DNA of 64,000 nucleotides from an uncultured Actinomycetota bacterium (GTDB lineage Bacteria; Actinomycetota; Actinomycetes; JAHEKZ01): NCBI GenBank assembly GCA_963743915.1, contig CAVURN010000003.1, positions 480,001 to 544,000 of the forward strand, read 5' to 3'. Shown piece by piece: positions 56,048 to 64,000 of this stretch (position 1 is its first letter; each line of letters starts with the position of its first letter). The notes under the pieces were generated by a model. It saw only the letters and a program-made list of their open reading frames with translations, ran no database searches and was not told where the DNA came from. The position numbers and the translations under genes were made by a program.

Positions 56048-56219
56048 CGCTCCTCGAGGTTGCGCGTCGTCGGCGTCGTCACCGAGACACCTCGAGCGTC
56101 GCCAGGAATCGGAGCGCGGGCATCGGTCAGTGGGCGCGAGCTGTCCCGGCCTATCCGCCAGGACACGTCTCGAACTTTCGGCCGAGTCGGTGAAGCGCGC
56201 GCACCCCTACTGTGATCGC

Positions 56220-57365
56220 GTGCTGTCAGAGACCTTTCGCTCGCTGTGGGACGAACCTCGCGCCCCCGGCGCTCCCGCGCGCGTGTGGCGCGACTGGGTG
56301 CTGGTCGGGCTCCTGTCCCTGTCGGCGCTGCTCGAGGGGACGTTCCGCAGCGACGTGCTGTGGCGTCCCGTGGCACTGGTCCTGGCGCTGACCCTGGTGT
56401 GGACGCTGCTGTGGCGTCGGACGCACCCGCTGCTGATGCTGGCGATCGCCTTCGTACCTCTGACGCTGCTGTCCGTGGCATCCCTGCTCACCGGGGTCGC
56501 GCCCGTGGGCCTGTACACGAACGGGTTCATCCTGCTGCTCCCCTACGCACTGCTGCGCTGGGGCAGCGGTCGAGATGCGTTGCTCGGTCTGCCCCTGATC
56601 GTGACGACATACGTCCTGGGGATCGCTGCCGACTACACGAACGTCGGGGAGTCCGTCGCCGGCCTGCTGTTCGGCCTGTTCCCCGCGGTTCTCGGCGTCC
56701 TGGTGCGGCTGCAGTCCCAGACGCACGCGCAGGAGAAGGAGCAGGTCAAGCTGCGTGAGCGCGAACAGCTCGCACGCGACCTGCACGACACCGTGGCACA
56801 CCACGTGTCGGCCATCGCCGTCCGCGCGCAAGCCGGCCGCTACGTGGCCGCCACCGACCCAGAGCGCGCCATCGACTCGCTGCGGGTCATCGAGGAGGAG
56901 GCGTCGCGGGCCCTCAGCGAGATGCGCGTGATGGTGGGTGCACTGCGCAACGGTGAGGACGCCGACCTGGCCCCGCAACGCGGCATTCGCGACATCCCGC
57001 ACCTCGCGCACGACGACCACTCTCCCGTTGTCGCCGTACACATCGCGGGCTCCCTGGATGACCTCAGCTCGGCAGTCGACGGAGCCGTGTATCGGATGGC
57101 CCAGGAGTCGATCACCAATGCACTTCGCCACGCGCGCGACGCCACGCGCATCGATGTCCGCGTCCACGCGGGTGAGAGTGACATCGGTCTGACGGTCATC
57201 GACGACGGTGCACCGTCGACGACGCCCTCCGACCGACAGGGGTACGGCTTGCTGGGGATGCGTGAGCGCGCGGCGCTGCTCGGCGGGACCTTCGAGGCCG
57301 GCCCGCAGCGTGACCGAGGCTGGCGGGTCACCGCAGTCCTTCCTCGCGCCGGGGGTTATGCATGA
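56220..57365 (+). CDS. Membrane sensor histidine kinase (HisKA_3 type)
   Basis: ARDLHDTVAH, QESITNALRHA, DDG, GYGLLGMRER. Confidence 0.92.
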   Translation: MLSETFRSLWDEPRAPGAPARVWRDWVLVGLLSLSALLEGTFRSDVLWRPVALVLALTLVWTLLWRRTHPLLMLAIAFVPLTLLSVASLLTGVAPVGLYTNGFILLLPYALLRWGSGRDALLGLPLIVTTYVLGIAADYTNVGESVAGLLFGLFPAVLGVLVRLQSQTHAQEKEQVKLREREQLARDLHDTVAHHVSAIAVRAQAGRYVAATDPERAIDSLRVIEEEASRALSEMRVMVGALRNGEDADLAPQRGIRDIPHLAHDDHSPVVAVHIAGSLDDLSSAVDGAVYRMAQESITNALRHARDATRIDVRVHAGESDIGLTVIDDGAPSTTPSDRQGYGLLGMRERAALLGGTFEAGPQRDRGWRVTAVLPRAGGYA

Positions 57366-58015
57366 CGATCCGGGTGCTGGTCGCCGACGATCAGGAGATC
57401 GTCCGTGCCGGGCTGGCGATGATCCTCGACGCACACCCGGACATCGAGGTCGTGGGGCAGGCCGCTGACGGGCGAGCAGCGGTCGAGCTCGCCCGTGAGC
57501 TGCGTCCGGACGTCTGCCTGTTCGACATCCGGATGCCGGAGATGGACGGCCTCGAGGCCACGCGTCAGCTGGCCGGTCCCGAGGTCGCAGAACCGATGGC
57601 GGTCGTGGTCATCACCACGTTCGACCTCGATGAGTACGTGCACGGAGCGCTCAAGGCCGGTGCGCGCGGCTTCCTGCTCAAGGACGCCGGACCCGAGCTG
57701 CTCGTCCAGGCGGTGCAGGCCGCCGCCAACGGAGACGCGCTGATCGCCCCCAACATCACCATCCGGCTGCTCGCCGCCTTCAGCGAGTCGACGGGTCGAC
57801 CCCCCGCCCAACCGATCGCCCCGCTGACCGACCGCGAGGAGGACGTGCTCCTCACCGTCGCCCGCGGACGCACGAACTCAGAGATCGCCGACGAGCTGCA
57901 CATCAGTCTGAGCACGGTGAAGACGCACCTCACCGCCCTGATGAACAAGCTCGGGGCACGCAACCGGGTGGAGCTGGCGATGTGGGCCTACGAGACGGGC
58001 CGGATCAAGCGCTGA
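57362..58015 (+). CDS. NarL/LuxR family response regulator
   Basis: VLVADD, DIRMP, GFLLK, LTDRE...NSEIA...STVKTH. Confidence 0.94.
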   Translation: MTIRVLVADDQEIVRAGLAMILDAHPDIEVVGQAADGRAAVELARELRPDVCLFDIRMPEMDGLEATRQLAGPEVAEPMAVVVITTFDLDEYVHGALKAGARGFLLKDAGPELLVQAVQAAANGDALIAPNITIRLLAAFSESTGRPPAQPIAPLTDREEDVLLTVARGRTNSEIADELHISLSTVKTHLTALMNKLGARNRVELAMWAYETGRIKR

Positions 58016-58016
58016 A

Positions 58017-58430
58017 TCAGCTCAGTCGATGCCAGACAGTTCCCGAGTCATCGGTCAAGGTGTCGCTACCCGCGTGGTACCTGAAGAGAATGGGTCCGAC
58101 CAGTCCAGTGGTCGGCCCCCTGCCCGAGCCGGGGCACGTGATGGTGAAGAAGAACGTCATCGTCGTGCCGGTCACCGAACCGCGTCCTTGGACGCCGGCG
58201 GGCGCATCGGCGCACGCCTGTGATGCCGCCGTGTCGAAAAGGCGGACACCGTGCATCCCCTCAGTTCCAGCTCCGCGCACTGCCAGGGTCTGGTAGCTCC
58301 CGTCCCCGATGTCATAGGACTCCCACGTCCCGGCGAACGAGTCTGACGCGAGAGCGGCGGCAGGTTGGCCCGCCATCATCAAGGCGGAGAGGGTGAGTAG
58401 TGCGGCAAGAGCGCCCGCGGTCTTTCGCAT
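58017..58430 (-). CDS. Hypothetical secreted protein
   Basis: Signal peptide MRKTAGALAALL...AAA; GAAAGGA RBS; two Cys. Confidence 0.6.
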   Translation of the reverse strand: MRKTAGALAALLTLSALMMAGQPAAALASDSFAGTWESYDIGDGSYQTLAVRGAGTEGMHGVRLFDTAASQACADAPAGVQGRGSVTGTTMTFFFTITCPGSGRGPTTGLVGPILFRYHAGSDTLTDDSGTVWHRLS

Positions 58431-58815
58431 GGCACTGTCCTTTCGATCGGGAGTGGTGCAAGCCCTGCCCCGAGCACTCACACGGTGCTCCCAGCCGCTG
58501 TCAGGGCGCCATAGCTATTTGTTGCCGGTCTCGTCGGCCCCCGGGGTGTACCCATAGCCATGCGGACGTCAGGTGCCGTTCGCCGCCTGCCACGGCGGAA
58601 GCCAGGTCAACCGCCGCCCTCGTCGATCCATGCGCGGGTCGATGTCACGTCCGCGTGGCACCTCTGCTGCTCGGCGAAGGTCCGCTCGGAGGTCGTCCCA
58701 GCCGGCGTCGAACTGCCCGCGGTAGCGGTCGGCCACTCGAGCGGCACGTGGTGCGGCGCGTGCCTAGCGTGGAGCCGCACGCGATCGCGTCTCGGTGCCC
58801 GGAGGAGCACGTCGG

Positions 58816-60048
58816 TCAATGGGTCTCGGCGACCCAGTCGGCGAGCGCCAGGCACATCGCCTCTGCGAGTCCACCCAGCGCACGGTCGACCGCATCTGGC
58901 TGCGAGGACATACGAGCCACGACCGTGCCGGTGTGATCGTCGACGAGGACCTGTTGGCCGTGGATCCCGAAACCCCGACCTGGCCCCACGGTCCGGGTCG
59001 ATCACCCACCACTTGTCACGGTAGTAGGCGGAGTCGGGCATCCCTTCGCGCTCGGAGTCGAACTGTGCTGCGAGCCCGGGGTTGTGCCCGACGACACGGG
59101 ACACCCACGCGTCGGACACGACCCTGCGCCCGTCCGCCGAGCCACGGTGCAGGTGCAGCAAGCCGTAGCGGGCGAGGTCTCCCAGGGTCACGCAGAAGCC
59201 GCCATCGACAAGGGCAAAGCCGGCAGGGCCGAGAACCAGGTCGGCATCGTGCTCAGCCCCCATCGGCTGCCACACCGCGCGTGCGAATGACTGTGCCAGG
59301 GGCTCACCGGTGACTCGCTCGATCACCCAGCCGAGCACGTCGGTCAGGATCGACCGGTACTCGTACTCGTGGCCATGGGGAGCCTGCGGCGACATCCGGG
59401 CGATGTACTCGTGTGGTGTCGGGTCGTCGTCGTGGCGCGGCATCCACCCGACGGCCCGGAAACCGCGCCACGACTCGCTGTCCTCATCGGCGTAGTCGGA
59501 CTCGTCGAACGTCACGCCCAGCCCGCATGTCGAGCAGGTGCGCCACCGTGCACCCTTCCCACACCGTTCCGCTGAGCTCGGGGACGACGTCGGTGACCAG
59601 CGTGTCGTCGGTGAGGCTGCCCTGGTCCCAGAGCACTCCCGCCAGGGTCGAGGTCAATGACTTGGACACCGACTGCAGCAGATGACGCGTCCGACGTGTC
59701 ATTCCGTTGGCATAGCGCTCGACCACTGACCGCGCCGTCGTGGACGACCATGAGGCCGTCGACGTAGGTGGTGTCGATGAGCTCGTCGAGTGTCCAGGAT
59801 CGGCCGGCGTGCTCGAGCCGGAAGGCCGAGGTGTCCAACGCCTTGGTCGGCAGCTCCCACACCGGGCCGTTGCCCCGGTCCACGAGCGCGGTCGGCACGA
59901 TTTCGCGGGTGTGCTGGAAGGACCAGCGCAGATACGGGAACGTGCTCCAGTTCTCGAAGTCGACCACCTTGTTGCTCGGTGGCGGTGACCCCGCCATCAG
60001 GCCGAGGTCGGCGGCTGTCGGGGGCACGGTGGGGTGCAGGTCGGTCAT
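58816..60048 (-). CDS. Serine hydrolase, beta-lactamase family (NylB-like; several frameshifts)
   Basis: RWSFQH, SVSKS (SxxK), LLDMRAG, YRSILTDVLG across frames. Confidence 0.8.
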
Positions 60049-60123
60049 CGGATGAGCGTAGGGCGCGGCTCAGCCGGGCGGCGGGTGGAGTTGCGTGCGT
60101 CGCCCGTCCTCCCTACCCTGATC

Positions 60124-60218
60124 GTGCGGGGAGTACCTCGCGAATTGCGTTTCGTCATTTCGACGGTCAGTGCCGTCCGGGACGCACCCCGGCTCACGCC
60201 GGGTGAGGGAGACCGAAA
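60124..60218 (+). ncRNA. yybP-ykoY manganese riboswitch
   Basis: GGGGAGTACCTC...TCGTCATTTCGACGG...CCGTCCGG...GAGGGAGACC upstream of a TerC/Alx gene; downstream GGTCTC can pair with GAGACC next to the RBS. Confidence 0.8.
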
Positions 60219-60260
60219 GCTCACGGCTGCGGCCGTGACCGGTCTCGAAGGGGTACGTCC

Positions 60261-61280
60261 GTGGACGTCTCACTGCTCGCCTGGGCGCTGGTGCTCGGCG
60301 CCATTCTCCTGATGCTCGCCGTCGACCTGTTCCTGCACAGGGACGCGCACGTCATCTCGGTCCGTGAGGCCGCGGTGTGGAGCGGGATCTGGGTCACGGT
60401 CGGTGTGGCCGCCGGCATCGTGATCTGGACGACGTACGGCGCCGAGTTCGGTCAGCAGTACTTCGCCGGGTACTTGATCGAGAAGTCCCTCGCGGTCGAC
60501 AACGTCTTCGTCTGGGCCATCATCTTCACGTACTTCGCGGTGCCGCGGCGCTACCAGCACCGCGTGCTCTTCTACGGCGTCCTCGGTGCGCTGGTCTTCC
60601 GCGCGATCTTCATCGCCGCCGGGTCGACGCTGATCGCGTCCTTCAGCTGGATCCTGTACGTCTTCGCGGCATTCCTGCTCTACACGGGCTACCGGATGCT
60701 GCGCACGCGCAACTCCCACTTCGACCCGGCTCGCTCACGCGCCTACCTGCTCTTCCGGCGTCTGGTCCCGATGGTGGACGAGTACCGAGGGCGCAGGTTC
60801 GTGGTGAAGCAGGCAGGGAAGTGGGTGGCCACCCCGCTGCTGGCCGTGCTGGTGATCGTGGAGGTGACGGACATCGTCTTCGCCGTCGACTCGATCCCGG
60901 CGATCTTCGCGGTGACCAGTGAGCCGTTCCTCGTCTTCACGGCCAACGCGTTCGCGATCCTCGGTCTGCGGGCCATGTACTTCCTGCTCGCTGACCTGAT
61001 CCACCGGTTCGTCTACCTGAAGGCCGGACTCGCCCTGGTGCTGATGTGGGTGGGCGTCAAGATGCTGCTGAAGATCGACGTCGTCTACATCCCCACCACG
61101 ATCTCGCTCGCCGTCGTGGCCACGATCATCACCGCCTCGATCGTCCTGAGCCTGCGGGCGACCCGCGGGCAGGGTCGTCGTCCGGTGGAGTCGGTCAAGG
61201 GCCCCTTCACGGTGCTGGACGAGGAGGGCCGCCCGGTCGTCGAGGAGGATGCGCTGCCCGGGAGCCGGAGTTCCGCATGA
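60261..61280 (+). CDS. TerC/Alx family membrane protein
   Basis: GYLIEKSLAVDNVFV, YQHRVLFYG, DIVFAVDSIPAIF, ILGLRAMYF. Confidence 0.94.
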   Translation: MDVSLLAWALVLGAILLMLAVDLFLHRDAHVISVREAAVWSGIWVTVGVAAGIVIWTTYGAEFGQQYFAGYLIEKSLAVDNVFVWAIIFTYFAVPRRYQHRVLFYGVLGALVFRAIFIAAGSTLIASFSWILYVFAAFLLYTGYRMLRTRNSHFDPARSRAYLLFRRLVPMVDEYRGRRFVVKQAGKWVATPLLAVLVIVEVTDIVFAVDSIPAIFAVTSEPFLVFTANAFAILGLRAMYFLLADLIHRFVYLKAGLALVLMWVGVKMLLKIDVVYIPTTISLAVVATIITASIVLSLRATRGQGRRPVESVKGPFTVLDEEGRPVVEEDALPGSRSSA

Positions 61281-62130
61281 CCGCGGGACACCGGGACGGG
61301 CGCCTGGCGCGGCTCGTCGACTCGGGGCGGTTCAACGGGGTCATCGCCGGGGTGATCGTCGCCAATGCGGTCGTCCTGGGGCTGGAGACGTATCCCGGGG
61401 TCATGGCCGCGCACGGTTCGCTGCTGATCAGCCTCAACGCGCTCTTCTACGGCGTGTTCGTCGTCGAGCTGGTGCTGCGCCTGGCCTCCTACGGCCGACG
61501 GCCGCAGGACTTCTTCCGCAGCGGGTGGAACGTCTTCGACCTGGTGATCATCGGCGCGGCGGCGCTCCCCGTCGTCCGGGAGCAGACGCAGCTGCTGCGA
61601 CTGCTCAGACTGGCCCGGGTCGTCCGGCTGGTGCGTTTCCTGCCGGACGCGCGCATCCTGATCCTGACCGTGGTGAAGTCACTGCCCTCGGTCTTCAGCA
61701 CCTTGGTGCTGACGTTCGTGCTCATGTTCGTCTACGGGATGACCGGCTGGTCCTTGTTCGGGCAGGCGTTGCCGGAGACCTGGGGGACCATCGGTCAGTC
61801 GATGGTGACCCTCTTCATCCTGCTGACGCTGGAGAACTTCCCCACGTACCTGTCCGAGGCCGAGGCGGTGAGCCCGTTCGCGCAGCTGTTCTTCATCTCG
61901 TACGTCGTGCTGGCCGCGTTCATCGTCTTCAACCTGTTGATCGGCATCGTGATCGCCTCGATGGAGAAGGCCCGGCAGCACGAGGCGGAGGAACGCCCAC
62001 GTGCGCCGGATGCCCACCTCGTCGACCGCATCTCCGAGATCCAGACGTCCCTTCGGGAGCTCCAGTTCGAGCTGTCCCGACGGACCGCGACACCGGCAGA
62101 CGGCGAGGCTGCGGTGCGTCCGGAAGTCCA
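61277..62130 (+). CDS. Bacterial 6TM voltage-gated ion channel (BacNav-like); 3' end uncertain, the ORF reads on to 62767
   Basis: WNVFD in S3, S4 LRLLRLARVVRLVR, pore LTLENFP, S6 FNLLIGIVI, coiled-coil tail; ATGA overlap with terC. Confidence 0.82.
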
Positions 62131-62179
62131 GGGCTCGAGGTGCCCTGGCCGGCCCGACCAGCGTTGCGCTCGAGTCGAT

Positions 62180-62383
62180 CGAGGGATCGAACTCCAGCAG
62201 GTCGCCGGGCTGGCATTCGAGAACTCGGCACATCGCCTCCAGCGTGCTGAAGCGGACGGCCTTCGCACGACCGTTCTTCAGCACGGCCACGTTGGCCGGT
62301 GTCAGCCCCACACGCTCGGCGAACTCACCCACGCTCATCTTGCGTTTGGCCAGCTCGACGTCGAGCCGCACGACGATGGCCAT
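62180..62383 (-). CDS. XRE/Cro-like HTH regulator (YozG-like); no stop at the expected position
   Basis: MAIVVRLDVELAKRKMS...LKNGRAKAVRFSTLEAMCRVLECQPGDLL; TGATG coupling with DUF2975. Confidence 0.85.
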
Positions 62384-62862
62384 CAGATCACCGCTTCCAT
62401 GTCGGTGCGCAACACCGTCGCCCTGCGCAACAGGGCGCGCATGACGACCATGAGCAGTCCGAGAACCGTGACCGCGGTGAGCAGGAGCAACAGCAGCATC
62501 GGGGCACCCGGATCGTCGGCTTGGGACACGACGAAGAGGAAGAGTCCGAGAAGAGTGGCCCAGGCGGCGGCTATCGACCAGACGATCGCGTCCACCCAGC
62601 GGAGCGACGGTTCGCTGAAGATGCGGTCGTCCTGGACCCGCGTGAGGAGCTTCCAGGTCGCCACGATCACGACCTGTATGCAGAGGATGAGAAAGACCGC
62701 CACCGCGGTCAGGGGCCACCGCAGATGCGCGTCCTGCGGAGACTCCTCCGCCATGTACCGGAACTGACCCGGCATCGACAGGGTCTGGAAGACGACGAGG
62801 ATGCCGAACAGCACGACCAGGAACACTCTCAGGGCCGCGACGGCCCACCGTTCAGGAATCAT
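62383..62862 (-). CDS. DUF2975 family membrane protein
   Basis: Four TMs, WKLLTRV...IFS, MRALLRRA...DMEAVI; typical pairing with the HTH gene. Confidence 0.85.
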   Translation of the reverse strand: MIPERWAVAALRVFLVVLFGILVVFQTLSMPGQFRYMAEESPQDAHLRWPLTAVAVFLILCIQVVIVATWKLLTRVQDDRIFSEPSLRWVDAIVWSIAAAWATLLGLFLFVVSQADDPGAPMLLLLLLTAVTVLGLLMVVMRALLRRATVLRTDMEAVI

Positions 62863-62883
62863 TCATCGAATATCGCTGGCAAT

Positions 62884-63507
62884 CTATCGATTGTCAATCG
62901 ATTCGTCCCGGGTGTGTGCCTGCTCGGCGCGGTCGCGGATCCCGAGCATGCGTCGCATCATGGGGAAGTCGCCCACCTCCATCAGCAGCACCGTGACCGG
63001 AAGCAGCGGGGTCATGCGGTACCGAGCCTTCAGCCGGGTGACGAGGCGGGTGCCGTCGGCGCCCTCCGGGGTCAGTCGCCACGCCCAGGTGGAATCCGGC
63101 TTGCTCCAGACCAGCACCGTCGGCTCGTTTACCTCCGCCACCGTGAAGGCGGTCTGCTCGTTCGACGGTGATGCCATCGGCGCTGCGAGGTCCCCGACCG
63201 CCACCGACTGGTGCTCCTGGAGCAGCACCTCGGCGCTGGGCCGACCGAGGTTGTCCAGGAGGTCGTAGGAGTAGAAGCCGGCCCTTCCGAACCCGACCTG
63301 CGCGAGCCACGGCCACACCCGTTCCGGTGGGGCAGCGATGGACAGGGCTCGGGTGGCCGTGAAGGCGGCGGGCCCGAGCACGTCGTCCCCGGGCATGGCT
63401 CCTTCGACCTCAGCCCTGGTGGCGCCCCACGACAGGTGCCAGGACCTGTACTTCGCGGCGCCAGTGACGGCCGCGGCCACGACGGTTGCCAGCACGGCTC
63501 TGCGCAT
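62884..63507 (-). CDS. SRPBCC-like protein (3' end uncertain)
   Basis: WGAT..E...PGDD, VWPWLAQVGFGRAGFYSYD. Confidence 0.7.
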   Translation of the reverse strand: MRRAVLATVVAAAVTGAAKYRSWHLSWGATRAEVEGAMPGDDVLGPAAFTATRALSIAAPPERVWPWLAQVGFGRAGFYSYDLLDNLGRPSAEVLLQEHQSVAVGDLAAPMASPSNEQTAFTVAEVNEPTVLVWSKPDSTWAWRLTPEGADGTRLVTRLKARYRMTPLLPVTVLLMEVGDFPMMRRMLGIRDRAEQAHTRDESIDNR

Positions 63508-63546
63508 GCCGTTCACGATACGGAGATGGCGCGGCAGACTCGAGGG

Positions 63547-63952
63547 ATGCAGAGCGAGCTGATCGACGTCCACACCGGTGACCGCGACGTCGTCGTGGAC
63601 CTCACCACGCAGTGCGCCTCGTTCGTCCGCGACCGAGGCGACGGTCTGCTGCACGTGTTCGTCCCGCACGCCACCGCGGGGATCGCGATCCTCGAGACGG
63701 GGGCGGGAAGCGACCACGACCTGCTCGCGGCGCTCCGCGACCTGCTTCCCGCGGACGACCGTTGGCACCATCGCCACGGCAGTGCAGGGCACGGCCGCTC
63801 GCATGTGCTGCCGGCGTTGGTCGCACCGTTCGCCACGCTGCCCGTCGTCGGCGGTCGCCTGGCACTGGGGACGTGGCAGAGCATCTGCCTGGTCGATCTC
63901 AACATCGACAATCGAGGACCGGCAGGTCCGACTGAGCTTCGTCACCGCATGA
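63547..63952 (+). CDS. YjbQ/UPF0047 family protein (frameshift near the 3' end)
   Basis: FVPHATAG, HRHGSAGHGRSH, LGTWQSI, then RQVRLSF in the shifted frame. Confidence 0.85.
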
Positions 63953-64000
63953 AGGGAGAGCGTCGATGACGGCACGCACGGACGCGGCAGCCAACCACCG

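Noticed and set aside
52650-64000. Prophage or integrase-driven island at tRNA-Lys
   Set aside because: No integrase, phage structural genes or duplicated tRNA 3' end seen within the window

Overview
High-GC actinobacterial chromosomal segment (bldC, an RpfB-like protein, DUF3073, DUF3151 and valine/leucine dehydrogenase support Actinomycetia). The backbone is a dispersed nucleotide-biosynthesis region (pyrE, purA, purD, purB, purC, purS/Q/L, purF, purM) with accessory genes in between. It also carries a potABCD-like ABC operon with kynureninase, two P-type ATPases, four tRNA genes (Glu, Asp, Phe on minus; Lys on plus), a c-di-AMP riboswitch and a yybP-ykoY (Mn) riboswitch. Many genes, including housekeeping ones, are split by single-base indels, most likely sequencing or assembly errors. 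Most notable observations: (1) a 58-bp palindromic repeat family with six copies, two of which bracket in inverted orientation a solo AbiEi-wHTH + DUF559/Vsr-like nuclease gene with a perfect DnaA box upstream, a candidate REP/RAYT-like repeat-mobilising system; (2) a second ~70-bp palindromic repeat family; (3) an IS481-like end with eight 21-bp units abutting tRNA-Lys, partly duplicated so that an 86-bp direct repeat flanks an Ltp-family gene; (4) an unassigned four-way-junction RNA leader upstream of the rpfB-like gene; (5) a Mn-riboswitch/TerC operon containing a voltage-gated channel with an atypical TLENF filter. All family calls come from motif recognition, not database searches.
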